Under the pieces are notes generated by a model. It worked only from the letters and a program-made list of their open reading frames with translations. It made no database searches and was not told the origin of the DNA. The position numbers were made by a program, and so were the translations under genes. From Verrucomicrobiales bacterium (GTDB taxonomy: Bacteria; Verrucomicrobiota; Verrucomicrobiia; Methylacidiphilales; JAAUTS01): a stretch of DNA of 38,075 bases. Location: the NCBI GenBank assembly GCA_031279715.1, contig JAITHY010000040.1, positions 1 through 38,075 of the forward strand, in the 5' to 3' direction. This document shows, piece after piece, positions 1 through 9,562 of this stretch (position 1 is its first letter; each line of letters opens with the position of its first letter).

Positions 1-395
1 ATCGGGACGGCGTTGCCGAGAGCGATCAGCCGCGTCAGCGTCGCTTGCAAATTGGCGCAGACTTTTCGGCTGTCCAAATCCCAGCTCGTCACGAGAATTT
101 GCGCGGCATGCAAGCCGTGTTTTTTGAACGCCTTGGAATACGCCTCCATCAGCTTCGGCTGGCCGATGGTGGCGCAAGCTTGCAAACCCTGACGGTCAGC
201 GGGACGTTTTTTCAAGCCCATCACCGACATTCCGGCGCTGATGGCGCCCGATGAAACCATGACAACGGCGCAGCCCTTGCGCCGCAACGCGTCGATTTGC
301 CGCGCGAAATTTTGAATGAGCGCGCGGTTGACGCCGCCGCTGTTGGTGAGCAGATTACTGCCGACTTTGACCACCCACAGGCAGTGTGATTTCAT
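1..395 (-). CDS. proB: Glutamate 5-kinase, N-terminal part (3' end runs off the left edge of the window)
   Basis: Absent from the ORF track because it has no in-window stop. My reverse-strand translation from the ATG at 395-393 reads MKSHCLWVVKVGSNLLTNSGGVNRALIQNFARQIDALRRKGCAVVMVSSGAISAGMSVMGLKKRP..., a canonical ProB / amino-acid-kinase N-terminus. The ATG overlaps the stop of the upstream ORF (ATGA). Confidence 0.85.
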   Translation of the reverse strand, partial: MKSHCLWVVKVGSNLLTNSGGVNRALIQNFARQIDALRRKGCAVVMVSSGAISAGMSVMGLKKRPADRQGLQACATIGQPKLMEAYSKAFKKHGLHAAQILVTSWDLDSRKVCANLQATLTRLIALGNAVP

Positions 396-730
396 TCAGG
401 CCAGTCCTTGGTGACCAGTTGCCGCGCGACGCCAACGCCGCGCGAGAAGGATTTGAAGCGGCCGATCAGGCGCCATGCTTGAGCCAGAGCTTCGAGCATG
501 CCCACGAATTGTATTTTCCGGCGAAAGGCCAGCGGCAACAGCACGCCGGCCAGCGGCGCGGCTATCACCAGACCCGGCCTGAACTTCGACAACAGCGCGG
601 AGCCGGCCTCCAGCCAGTGCAGACGGGTCTCGACTTGTCTCCAGTCGCGCCCAAACATTTCCCGCTGCGCCTCGCACACGCCGACCAGGCGGATTTTTTT
701 CTTCCGCAGCCCTTTTACTTCCCTAAGCAT
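392..730 (-). CDS. YqjK-like small membrane protein
   Basis: 112-aa ORF directly after the YqjE-like gene. It has a basic N-terminus (LRKKKIRL), an AQRE..W..... segment and one hydrophobic span, as in E. coli YqjK. It is third in a yqjD-yqjE-yqjK-type order. The start is uncertain because it overlaps the upstream ORF by 16 nt. Confidence 0.5.
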   Translation of the reverse strand: MLREVKGLRKKKIRLVGVCEAQREMFGRDWRQVETRLHWLEAGSALLSKFRPGLVIAAPLAGVLLPLAFRRKIQFVGMLEALAQAWRLIGRFKSFSRGVGVARQLVTKDWPE

Positions 731-1101
731 TCGCGGTCTCTCCTCAACTGGTTGAGTGTTTCCTCAAACGGTTTCGCCGTGCCGCCGAGGGTTTTCCTCA
801 GGTAACAAGCCGCCACCGCCGCCGCGGACAAATACAGCGCCGAGAGCACTGTCAGCGCGACCAGCAAATGGTCGGGGTTGCGCCAGAGCGCCAGAATCAC
901 CAACAGCGTCGCCAGCGCCAAGCCCAGCGCGCCCAACACCACCGTCAGCACCGTCCAGACCAGCGCCTGAATGATGCGGATTTTTTCCTCGTGCAATTCC
1001 GTCACGAACAAACTGCCACGCGTCTCCACCATGCCAATCAAATTGGTCGCCAGCCGCTTCAGCGAGGTGAACACGCCCGGCCCGGATGTGAATTCTGACA
1101 T
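715..1101 (-). CDS. YqjE-like (phage-holin-family / DUF1469) inner membrane protein
   Basis: 128 aa. The motif GMVETRGSLFVTELHEEK closely matches E. coli YqjE MVETRLRLAVVELEEEK, and two TM helices follow. Confidence 0.75.
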   Translation of the reverse strand: MSEFTSGPGVFTSLKRLATNLIGMVETRGSLFVTELHEEKIRIIQALVWTVLTVVLGALGLALATLLVILALWRNPDHLLVALTVLSALYLSAAAVAACYLRKTLGGTAKPFEETLNQLRRDRECLGK

Positions 1102-1104
1102 ACG

Positions 1105-1410
1105 TTATTTCCTGTTGATGAGAATGCCGATGAGCAGTCCGACGCCGAACGCGACGCCGATGGATTCATACGGATGCTCGCGGATGACACGGTCAGTGTG
1201 CTTCGCGCCCTCAATGACTTTCTCGCGCGCAACACCCTCGATTTGCCTGAGGCGCTCGCGGGCGGCGGCGAGTTTTATCGCCAGCTTTTCGCGGGCTTCG
1301 CCGGCTTTGCCGCGCAAGTCATCACCAGCGGCGTGGATCAACGCCTCGGCGTCGGAGATTACTTCCTTGACATCACTAACCAACTTTTCTTTTGTCACAG
1401 CTTCGGTCAT
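1105..1410 (-). CDS. ElaB/YqjD/DUF883-family membrane-anchored (ribosome-associated) protein
   Basis: 101 aa. A charged helical N-terminal part is followed by the C-terminal signature REHPYESIGVAFGVGLLIGILINRK (compare YqjD ...RENPWTGVGIGAAIGVVLGVLLSRR). Confidence 0.8.
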   Translation of the reverse strand: MTEAVTKEKLVSDVKEVISDAEALIHAAGDDLRGKAGEAREKLAIKLAAARERLRQIEGVAREKVIEGAKHTDRVIREHPYESIGVAFGVGLLIGILINRK

Positions 1411-1507
1411 GCGGTTATTGCAACAGAAAAAACGCCGCGGCGCAAGAACAGATACCGCGTATCAAAATTGACTTTGTCCGCCAAGCCGCCCATGATGGCA
1501 ACTTCGC

Positions 1508-3406
1508 ATGAATCATAACCAAATTTTTTCCGGGCATGGCGTGTCATGGCTGACGCAAGGGATTTCCGCCGCGGTGCTGTTGTGTTGCGCGACGCTGATA
1601 GTCGTGACTTCACTGCATTGGGGCGGGATGGTGCCGGAGGTGGCGGTGTGGCTGTTCCCCGTCGGCGCGGTGTTGTGGGCGCTGATAATGACGGCGTGCG
1701 CGCGGAATATTTTGCGCGGGGTGATTACGGGCGGTTGGTTGGAGTTATTCGTGCTGCTGTGGCTGGTGTACGCGCTGTTCTCGTATTTTCGCGCGCCCGC
1801 CGAGTATGTGGCCCGGTGGGAGTGGCTGTGGATTTTGACGTATGCGGGGGTGTTTATCTCGCTACGGAATCTGGTTCATTATCAGCGGTGGCATTACTGG
1901 CTGCTGGCGGTGATTTTGGTGTGCGCGGCGGCGGCGTGTTTGTTCGGCTTAATGCACCACGAGGGGGTTTATAAAATCTGGGGGCTGGAGCGTCCGGATT
2001 ACGGGCCGCGCATTTCAGGGACGTTTGGGTGTCCCAATCACTTTGGAAATTTTCTCGCCATGAGCGGGCTGGTCGCCGTCGGGTTTGGATTTTTCAACAA
2101 GATCAAGTGGCCGCTGAGGTTGATCTGCTTCTATTTGTTTGTCATGTTCAGCGCGGGAATTTTTTACTCGGTTTCACGCGGGGCGATGCTGGCGTGGACG
2201 GCGGGAATTTTCATGGTGACGCTGTTTCTGTTCATTGACAGCCGCACCTCGTGGAAACTAAAGCTGGGATTTTTGCTGGCGATTTTGCTGGGTGTCGGCG
2301 CTTGTGTTTTTATCGTCACCAACAATGAGTTCGCCCTGTCGCGCGTGGAGCAAACGATGCGCGGCGACATCCGGCTGCTGCTGGCGGAGGACGCCATCAA
2401 AATTTGGGGAGAGAACAAGTTGCTGGGCAGCGGGATGGCGACGTTTGATTTCTGGCACCAGCGGCTGCACCAGGACGCATTTTTCGGGCGCGCGATTTAC
2501 ACGCATAACGATTATTTGAATTTGCTGTCGGACTACGGACTGGTGGGCGCGGTGATTGTCAGCGGCTTCCTCGCGGCGCTGGTGGCGCGGTTGTGGGCGC
2601 GGACGCGGCGCGAGCTGGAACCCGCCGACCAGCAAATCGCCGCGCGCATGGCATGGTGCGTGCTGGCGGCGATGGCGGTTCACTCGACGTTTGATTTCAA
2701 TCTGCATATCCCCGCGTGCGCGCTGGCGTTCTTCGGCATTGTGGCGGTTGGCGCGGCGCAACCGCGGCGGCAGCAAACCGCGGGATTTCTCGCGCACGCG
2801 GGCAGCATCGCGCTCATTGTCAGCGGCGCGGTGGCGTTGTATTTTCTTGCGACGCTGACGGTGAAGACCGGGCGATCGTTGCGTTTTTTCAACCAGCCCG
2901 AGGAACAACTGGCGGCGCTGTCCCCGGAGCAAGTGGCGGCGGACGTGGCGCGGTTGCGCCATCTCGACCCCGCCAACAATGAGGCCTTTGAAAAAGCCGG
3001 TGACATCCTGCGTTTCCAAGCCGCCATGTTGAACCGGCAAATCAACACCGCCGCTGACGCCGCCAAATTATTAATCGAGCGGGAAACCCTGGGGCAACAG
3101 GCGTTGCAATATTACTCGTTCGCCCAGCGCGCCAACGCGCTCTCCGACTCGTCGCTCATCAAACAGGCGCTGACACTGGACACCCTGCAACGCCACGCTG
3201 AGGCTCAGCTATTTTACGCCAAGGCGCTGGCCAACCAGCCGCATAATTCTTTCTTTCACTATTATTACGGCTTTCACCTCGCCGTCACGGGCGAATACGC
3301 CCTGGCGCGCAAGGAATTTCAAACCGCCCTCAGCGCCCCCGTCATCCGCAATGTTGACAAAGAAATCCGCCACCTGGCGGAGCAGGCGCTCAGCGCGTTG
3401 CCGTAA
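1508..3406 (+). CDS. O-antigen ligase (Wzy_C) family polytopic membrane protein with C-terminal TPR-like repeats
   Basis: 632 aa with more than 10 predicted TM helices. It carries the Wzy_C-type loop (SRGAMLAW ... HNDYLNLLSDYGLVGAVIV). The soluble C-terminal tail is helical-repeat rich (YYSFAQRANALSDS..., FYAKALANQPHNSFFHYYYGFHL). Confidence 0.75.
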   Translation: MNHNQIFSGHGVSWLTQGISAAVLLCCATLIVVTSLHWGGMVPEVAVWLFPVGAVLWALIMTACARNILRGVITGGWLELFVLLWLVYALFSYFRAPAEYVARWEWLWILTYAGVFISLRNLVHYQRWHYWLLAVILVCAAAACLFGLMHHEGVYKIWGLERPDYGPRISGTFGCPNHFGNFLAMSGLVAVGFGFFNKIKWPLRLICFYLFVMFSAGIFYSVSRGAMLAWTAGIFMVTLFLFIDSRTSWKLKLGFLLAILLGVGACVFIVTNNEFALSRVEQTMRGDIRLLLAEDAIKIWGENKLLGSGMATFDFWHQRLHQDAFFGRAIYTHNDYLNLLSDYGLVGAVIVSGFLAALVARLWARTRRELEPADQQIAARMAWCVLAAMAVHSTFDFNLHIPACALAFFGIVAVGAAQPRRQQTAGFLAHAGSIALIVSGAVALYFLATLTVKTGRSLRFFNQPEEQLAALSPEQVAADVARLRHLDPANNEAFEKAGDILRFQAAMLNRQINTAADAAKLLIERETLGQQALQYYSFAQRANALSDSSLIKQALTLDTLQRHAEAQLFYAKALANQPHNSFFHYYYGFHLAVTGEYALARKEFQTALSAPVIRNVDKEIRHLAEQALSALP

Positions 3407-3452
3407 CGGTTGCATTTTCCCAAAACAACAGGTATCTTTTATTATTAAAACT

Positions 3453-4514
3453 ATGCCTGAAACTTCACCAGAGTTGTCACCAGGTCGCGGGATTGTCATG
3501 AGCAGCCGCGTCAGGCTCGCGCGTAATTTGAAAGACCATCCGTTTCCCGGCTGGCTGAAAAAAAAACAGCGCGAGGATTTGCTCGGCATTCTCCAGCCCG
3601 CGATCAGCCGCCTGCCGGAGATGCGCTCGCCGTTCCTCAACCAGGCGATGGACACATTCAACCCGCTGGACAAACAAATGCTGGTGGAAGAGCATCTCAT
3701 CAGCCGCGAGCACGCCGCGAAAAACTCCGGCAGCGGCATCATCATCAGCAACGACAAGACGCTGAGCGTAATGATTAACGAGGAAGACCACTTCCGTTTG
3801 CAGGCGATTTATTCCGACCTTCATCTGATGGAAGCGTGGCACGCGATTGACCGTATCGACTCGGAATTGGAAAGCGGGCTGACCTTTGCGTTCTCACCGA
3901 GGCTGGGCTACCTGACCGCCTGCCCCACCAATGTCGGCACGGGAATGCGCGCGTCGGTCATGCTGCACCTGCCGGGACTGGTGCTGAGCGATCAAATCAA
4001 CCAAGTCATCAAGTCGGTGAACCAAATCGGACTGGCGGTGCGCGGCTTGTACGGCGAGGGCACGGAAGCTCTCGGCAATTTATTCCAAGTCTCCAACCAA
4101 ATCACCCTCGGCGAAAGCGAGCAGGATATTTTAAACCGCCTGCTGAAAGTCATCCAACACCTGATTGAACACGAGCACAACGCCCGCCAGAAAATCGCGC
4201 AGGAACGCAGCCGTGTCATCGCCGACCAGCTTGGGCGCGCTTACGGTGTCATTTCGCATGCCTACTCGATTTCGTCGAAGGAGGCGCTGAACCTGCTGTC
4301 GCTGCTCATCCTTGGCGTGGACTTGGGGCTGTGGCCGAAAAGTTTGCGGGCCAAGATTGACGATTTATTCATCCACACGCAGCCGGCGCATTTGCAAAAA
4401 GCCGCCGAGAAAAAACTGGGCGCGGAGGAACGGGACGCGGTGCGCGCCGATTTATTGCGGGAAAAATTGAAATCCATCCCCGCGCCTGGCATTAAAAAAT
4501 TGAAAGGGATTTGA
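3453..4514 (+). CDS. mcsB: Protein arginine kinase McsB (ATP:guanido phosphotransferase)
   Basis: Tracked ORF 3351..4514, trimmed to the ATG at 3453, which lies after the upstream stop at 3406. Phosphagen-kinase motifs are present: SSRVRLARNL, MINEEDHFRLQ, CPTNVGTGMRASVMLHLPGL, RGLYGEG. Its stop overlaps the clpC ORF. Confidence 0.9.
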   Translation: MPETSPELSPGRGIVMSSRVRLARNLKDHPFPGWLKKKQREDLLGILQPAISRLPEMRSPFLNQAMDTFNPLDKQMLVEEHLISREHAAKNSGSGIIISNDKTLSVMINEEDHFRLQAIYSDLHLMEAWHAIDRIDSELESGLTFAFSPRLGYLTACPTNVGTGMRASVMLHLPGLVLSDQINQVIKSVNQIGLAVRGLYGEGTEALGNLFQVSNQITLGESEQDILNRLLKVIQHLIEHEHNARQKIAQERSRVIADQLGRAYGVISHAYSISSKEALNLLSLLILGVDLGLWPKSLRAKIDDLFIHTQPAHLQKAAEKKLGAEERDAVRADLLREKLKSIPAPGIKKLKGI

Positions 4515-4534
4515 TTATGGCTGGAGAAGAACCA

Positions 4535-7012
4535 ATGAATAATTTTACACCACGCGCGCAACAGGTGCTGGCGCTGGCGCGCAAGGAGGCCGACCGCTTC
4601 AACCACAACTACGTCGGCACGGAACATTTATTGCTTGGCCTGATCAAACTCGGCCAGGGTGTCGCTGTCAATGTGTTGCAAAAGATGGGGCTGGATCTCG
4701 AAACCGTCCGCATGGAAGTCGAGAAACAAGTCGGCTCCGGCCCCGACACCAAGGTTGGCGGCAACATCCCCTACACGCCGCGCGTGAAAAAAGTGCTGGC
4801 GCTGGCGGGCAAGGAGGCCAGGACGCTGAACCACAGCTATGTCGGCACGGAACACATTTTGCTCGGCTTGCTACGCGAGGGGTGCGGCGTGGCCGCACAG
4901 GTGTTAAAGTCATTGGACGTGGACTTGGGGAAGGTGCGCAACGAAATCCTGAAGGAGCTTGACCCGAATTTCGAGCCGCCGGAATACCCGACTTCCAGCA
5001 ATGACCAGCCCAACACGAAAAAAGATCAAAAGACACCCGCGCTCAACGCCTTCGGACGCAATCTCACCGAAATCGCCGCCGCCGGTAACATGGACCCGGT
5101 CATCGGACGGAAAAACGAAATTGAGCGTGTCATTCAGATTTTGTGCCGCCGCACCAAGAACAATCCCGTCCTCATCGGCGAGGCGGGCGTGGGCAAAACC
5201 GCCATTGTCGAGGGGCTTGCGCAAGAAATCGCCGCTGGCAATGTGCCAGAGTTGTTGCGCGACAAGCGCGTCATCACCCTCGACCTCGCGCTGATGGTGG
5301 CGGGCACCAAGTACCGCGGGCAATTCGAGGAGCGCATCAAGGCGGTGATGGAAGAAGTTCGCAAGAACAAAAACATCATCCTGTTCATCGACGAGTTACA
5401 CACCATCGTCGGCGCGGGCGGCGCTGAGGGCGCGATGGACGCCTCAAACATCATCAAGCCCGCCCTGTCACGCGGCGAGTTGCAATGCGTCGGCGCGACC
5501 ACGCTGAACGAGTACCGCAAGCACATCGAGAAAGATTCCGCGCTGGAGCGCCGTTTCCAAAGCGTAAAGGTGGACGCGCCAAGCGTGGACGAGGCGATTC
5601 AAATTTTGAAGGGCTTGCGCCCGAAATACGAGCAACACCACCACGCGAAAATCACTGACGCCGCCATTGAACAAGCGGTGAGGCTCAGCGACCGTTACCT
5701 CACCGCGCGGTTCCTGCCGGACAAGGCGATTGACATCATGGACGAGGCCGGCTCCCGCGCCCGCATCCGTGCGACCACCACGCCGCCCGGCTTGAAGGAA
5801 CTGGAAGCCGAGATGGAGAAAATCCGCGTCGAGAAAGAAGACGCCATCAAACATCAGGATTTTGAAAAAGCCGCCGCCTTGCGCGATCGTGAAAAAGCCG
5901 CCAAGGATAGCTACGAGGCAACCACAGCCGACTGGCGCAAGAGACGAGACGAGCAAGAGGTGCGGGTCGATGTGGACGACATCTACACCGTGGTCTCAAA
6001 ATGGACGGGCGTGCCGCTGACACGCCTGGAGTCAAAGGAAATGGAGCGACTGCTCAACATCGCCGAGGTGCTGCACAACAAAATCATCGGACAGGACGAC
6101 GCTGTTGATGCGCTGGCAAAGGCGTTGCGCCGTTCGCGCGCCGACTTGAAAGACCCAAACCGACCCATCGGCTCCTTCATTTTCCTTGGACCCACTGGCG
6201 TGGGCAAAACCCACCTGGCCAAGAGTCTCGCCGAGTATGTCTTTGGCGACACCGACTCGCTCATCCAACTGGACATGAGCGAATACATGGAAAAATTCAA
6301 CGTCTCACGGTTGGTGGGTTCACCCCCCGGCTACGTCGGTTATGAAGAGGGCGGGCAACTCACGGAAAAAGTGCGCCGCCGTCCGTACGCCGTCGTGCTG
6401 TTCGACGAAATCGAAAACGCACTCCCCGACGTGTGGAACCTCTTGCTGCACATCTTGGAGGACGGGCAAATCACCGACAGCCTCGGACGCAAGATTGACT
6501 TTCGCAACACCATTATCCTGATGACCTCCAACGTCGGCGCGGACTTGATGAAGAAGCAAACCACCGTCGGCTTCGGCATCCCAAGCGAGGAACAGGATTA
6601 CGCGGCCATCAAGGACAAATTGCTGGCGGAGGCCAAAAAAACTTTCAAGCCGGAATTCCTCAACCGCCTCACCGATATCGTCGTTTTCCACTCGCTGAAC
6701 CGCGAACATCTCGCGCAAATCGTACGGCTGGAAATCGACAAAGTGCACAAACGCCTGACCACACGCCACGTCACGCTGAAGGTGAGCGATGCCGCGCTGC
6801 AATTTCTCATCGACAAAGGTTATGAGCCGACTTACGGTGCGCGCCCGTTGCGGCGGGCGATTGAGCGGTATTTGGAGGACCCGATTGCCGAGGAACTCAT
6901 CCGCGGCAACTTGAAATCCAACTCCACCGTATTAATCGAAGTTGCGGGGGACAAACTGACGTTCAAGCCGGACGCCACTCCGACCACGAAGACGCTAAAA
7001 CCCGACGAATAA
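4535..7012 (+). CDS. clpC: ATP-dependent Clp protease ATP-binding subunit ClpC (class I AAA+, two NBDs, UVR-type middle domain)
   Basis: Duplicated Clp_N repeats (GTEHLLLGL and GTEHILLGL). Walker A motifs GEAGVGKTA and [12 protein letters not shown]-like linker ([14 protein letters not shown]). I prefer the ATG at 4535 ([12 protein letters not shown]), preceded by GGAGAAG. The tracked ORF begins at a TTG at 4511. Confidence 0.93.
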   Translation: MNNFTPRAQQVLALARKEADRFNHNYVGTEHLLLGLIKLGQGVAVNVLQKMGLDLETVRMEVEKQVGSGPDTKVGGNIPYTPRVKKVLALAGKEARTLNHSYVGTEHILLGLLREGCGVAAQVLKSLDVDLGKVRNEILKELDPNFEPPEYPTSSNDQPNTKKDQKTPALNAFGRNLTEIAAAGNMDPVIGRKNEIERVIQILCRRTKNNPVLIGEAGVGKTAIVEGLAQEIAAGNVPELLRDKRVITLDLALMVAGTKYRGQFEERIKAVMEEVRKNKNIILFIDELHTIVGAGGAEGAMDASNIIKPALSRGELQCVGATTLNEYRKHIEKDSALERRFQSVKVDAPSVDEAIQILKGLRPKYEQHHHAKITDAAIEQAVRLSDRYLTARFLPDKAIDIMDEAGSRARIRATTTPPGLKELEAEMEKIRVEKEDAIKHQDFEKAAALRDREKAAKDSYEATTADWRKRRDEQEVRVDVDDIYTVVSKWTGVPLTRLESKEMERLLNIAEVLHNKIIGQDDAVDALAKALRRSRADLKDPNRPIGSFIFLGPTGVGKTHLAKSLAEYVFGDTDSLIQLDMSEYMEKFNVSRLVGSPPGYVGYEEGGQLTEKVRRRPYAVVLFDEIENALPDVWNLLLHILEDGQITDSLGRKIDFRNTIILMTSNVGADLMKKQTTVGFGIPSEEQDYAAIKDKLLAEAKKTFKPEFLNRLTDIVVFHSLNREHLAQIVRLEIDKVHKRLTTRHVTLKVSDAALQFLIDKGYEPTYGARPLRRAIERYLEDPIAEELIRGNLKSNSTVLIEVAGDKLTFKPDATPTTKTLKPDE

Positions 7013-7095
7013 TCCCGCGCAGAGACCGTCAGCGGCAGCGGACAAATTGATTAAATTTGAATTTTCCGCCGGCTCTGTCATGATTGGCGTTTCAC

Positions 7096-9552
7096 ATGGC
7101 TGTAAAACGCGAGAATAACAAGGAACCACGATTGCTCATCCAAATCGGCGCGCTGATATTGGTGCCGCTTGGCGCGCTCACACTGCTGGCGTTGCTGTCG
7201 TTCGATAAAAACGACCTCGGGTTGTTTCACGAACCCGTCAATGTGCCGCTGAAAAACCTCGTCGGCCCCGTCGGCGCGTACTGGGCGGGCGGACTGATCT
7301 TCATGTTCGGGCTGGCGGCTTACCTTGTGCCGCCGCTTCTGGTCGGCGGCTCGCTGGTTGCATTATTTCATCTTTTCAAACGCGAATACGTTTTCAAAAT
7401 CATCTGGCTCACGCTGGTTATGCTCAGCGCTGCCGCATTGCTGCAACTGCTCAAGCCGGTTTTCAAAATATTCGACGGCTACCTGACTGTCGAGGGGCAC
7501 CCCGGCGGTGAAATCGGCTACTGGCTGAATGACTGCCTGCTCGCCAATTACATGGGCAACGCCGGTTCCGCCATCGCGATACTGACGGTCTATCTGGTGA
7601 GTTTTATTTTGCTGTTTGAAATCCGCCCCATCGTGCTGGCACGGCAAACAATCACCTGGCTCAAGGCGTGGCACGAGGCGCGCGAACAAGCCAAGCTTGA
7701 CGCCGCCGACCCGTTGGAACGGCTGGAGCACGAGGAACGGCGGCTGCGGCGCGAGGCGCGGGAGTTGGAGAAAAAAATGTCGCGCAAGGGCGCTGACAGT
7801 GACGAATTAATACCGCCGGCCTTGGGTCGTGAATCGCGGCGGACGCCGAAAATTGTGGACACAACGGTGCCGTTGAAAAAAGAGGAGGAGCCGGTCAAGC
7901 CGCTGACCGTCAGCACCCCCTCGGCGCCCAGGCCCGCGCCAAAACCGCGCGAGAAAACCACAACGTCAGCGTCCTATGAGAATTATGAGCTTCCGCAACT
8001 TTCGCTGCTCGCCAGCAATGACAATCCCGGAAAAGCCGGCACGGACACGGAGGAACTGGAACGGCAGCGCGCGCTGTTGGTGGAAACACTGTTGCAATTC
8101 GGCATTGAAGTCTCGCCCGGCGACATCACCAAAGGCGCAACCATCACGCGCTACGAATTGTATCCCGCGGTTGGAGTCCGCGTGGAGCGCATCGCCGCAA
8201 TGGAACGCAACATCGCCCGCGCCATGAAAGCCGAGCGGGTCAACATCCTCGCCCCAATCCCCGGCAAGGACACCGTCGGCGTCGAGGTGCCGAACACACA
8301 AAAAGTGAAAATCGTCCTCAGCGATTTGTTCGCCTCCGCCGCATGGCGCAACACCAGCGGCAAGCTGCCCATCGCTCTCGGCAAGGACGTGTACGGCAGC
8401 GTGCTTGTGACCGACCTTGCCGCCATGCCGCACTTGCTCATCGCGGGCACCACCGGCAGCGGCAAGTCAGTCTGCGTCAACTCCATTCTGCTGAGCTTGC
8501 TCTACCGTTTCAGCCCGGATGACTTGCGGATTATTTTGGTCGACCCCAAAGTCGTCGAGTTGCAGGTGTACAACGATCTGCCGCACCTCGTCGTCCCCGT
8601 TGTCACTGATCCGAAAAAAGTGCTCGTCGCGCTGCGGTGGGTCATTAACGAAATGGAAAAACGCTACCGGCTGATGGCCAGGTCCGGCGTCCGCAACATC
8701 ACCGCCTATAATCAGCACGCCAACGAACGCAAAAAACAACAGGAAAAACTCGACCTGGAAAAAACCCTCGCCGAAGCCGCCGCCAACGATGAAATCGACC
8801 CCGCTGATGATGAGCCGGACACCACCCTGCCCGGCTTCGCCGCTGACGATGACGAGGAGCCGCCGCCCGACCATTTGCCCTACATTGTGGTGATTGTCGA
8901 CGAGTTGGCGGACTTGATGCAAACCTCGCCCGCTGACGTTGAAATGGCGATTGCGCGACTGTCAGCGAAGGCGCGCGCCGCCGGCATCCATCTCATCATC
9001 GCCACGCAAACCCCGCGCGCGCAGGTCATCACCGGCGTCATCAAAACCAACGTGCCGTGCCGCATCGCCTTCCAAGTGCCCAGCGCGCTGGATTCCCGCG
9101 TCATCCTCGACGAAAACGGCGCGGAAAATTTACTCGGCAAAGGCGACCTGCTCTACCTGCCGCCCGGATCCGCCAAGCTCATCCGCGCGCAGGGCGCCTT
9201 CGTCAGCGACGATGAAGTCGCCAAGGTGGTCGACTTCATCAGCGCGCAATGCCAGCCATCCTACGAGGTGGAAATTCACACCAAACTCGCGCGCGGCGCT
9301 GACAGTGACAGCGAGGAATTATCCGAGGAAGACCTGGAGTTGCTGCGCAAAAGCATCGAGGTGTTCCGGCAGGAAAAACGCGGCTCCACCTCGCTCTTGC
9401 AACGCCGCCTCCGCATCGGCTATGGCCGCGCCTCATGGGTGGTGGACTGGCTGGAGCAAAAAGGCGTGGTCGGCCCCAAAGACGGCGCGAAAGACCGCGA
9501 GTTGCTCACTGACTTTGACCAACTTGATCCGGAAACTTTGTTTGAACACTAA
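7096..9552 (+). CDS. ftsK: DNA translocase FtsK
   Basis: N-terminal TM helices and a long Pro/charged linker. Motor domain with Walker A AGTTGSGKS and Walker B IVVIVDELADLM. C-terminal gamma winged-helix (STSLLQRRLRIGYGRASWVVDWLEQKGVVGP). Start taken as the ATG at 7096; the tracked ORF starts at a TTG at 7084. Confidence 0.93.
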   Translation: MAVKRENNKEPRLLIQIGALILVPLGALTLLALLSFDKNDLGLFHEPVNVPLKNLVGPVGAYWAGGLIFMFGLAAYLVPPLLVGGSLVALFHLFKREYVFKIIWLTLVMLSAAALLQLLKPVFKIFDGYLTVEGHPGGEIGYWLNDCLLANYMGNAGSAIAILTVYLVSFILLFEIRPIVLARQTITWLKAWHEAREQAKLDAADPLERLEHEERRLRREARELEKKMSRKGADSDELIPPALGRESRRTPKIVDTTVPLKKEEEPVKPLTVSTPSAPRPAPKPREKTTTSASYENYELPQLSLLASNDNPGKAGTDTEELERQRALLVETLLQFGIEVSPGDITKGATITRYELYPAVGVRVERIAAMERNIARAMKAERVNILAPIPGKDTVGVEVPNTQKVKIVLSDLFASAAWRNTSGKLPIALGKDVYGSVLVTDLAAMPHLLIAGTTGSGKSVCVNSILLSLLYRFSPDDLRIILVDPKVVELQVYNDLPHLVVPVVTDPKKVLVALRWVINEMEKRYRLMARSGVRNITAYNQHANERKKQQEKLDLEKTLAEAAANDEIDPADDEPDTTLPGFAADDDEEPPPDHLPYIVVIVDELADLMQTSPADVEMAIARLSAKARAAGIHLIIATQTPRAQVITGVIKTNVPCRIAFQVPSALDSRVILDENGAENLLGKGDLLYLPPGSAKLIRAQGAFVSDDEVAKVVDFISAQCQPSYEVEIHTKLARGADSDSEELSEEDLELLRKSIEVFRQEKRGSTSLLQRRLRIGYGRASWVVDWLEQKGVVGPKDGAKDRELLTDFDQLDPETLFEH

Positions 9553-9562
9553 CGAAAACGTC

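Noticed and set aside
1468-1496. Sigma-70-like promoter TTGACT-17 nt-CATGAT upstream of the O-antigen-ligase-like gene
   Set aside because: The spacing is good, but the -10 element is weak and would leave a leader of only about 5-10 nt before the proposed start at 1508. The promoter consensus for this lineage is unknown, so it is not reported as a feature.
8939-9562. 5' extensions of tracked ORFs: 8939 for the rodZ-like gene, and similarly 10800 for the membrane hypothetical, 3351 for mcsB, 16550 for hpt, 27381 for pck and 19128 for CHAP
   Set aside because: The extensions overlap the preceding gene in another frame or lack homology. In-frame ATGs located just after the upstream stop give N-termini that match the families.
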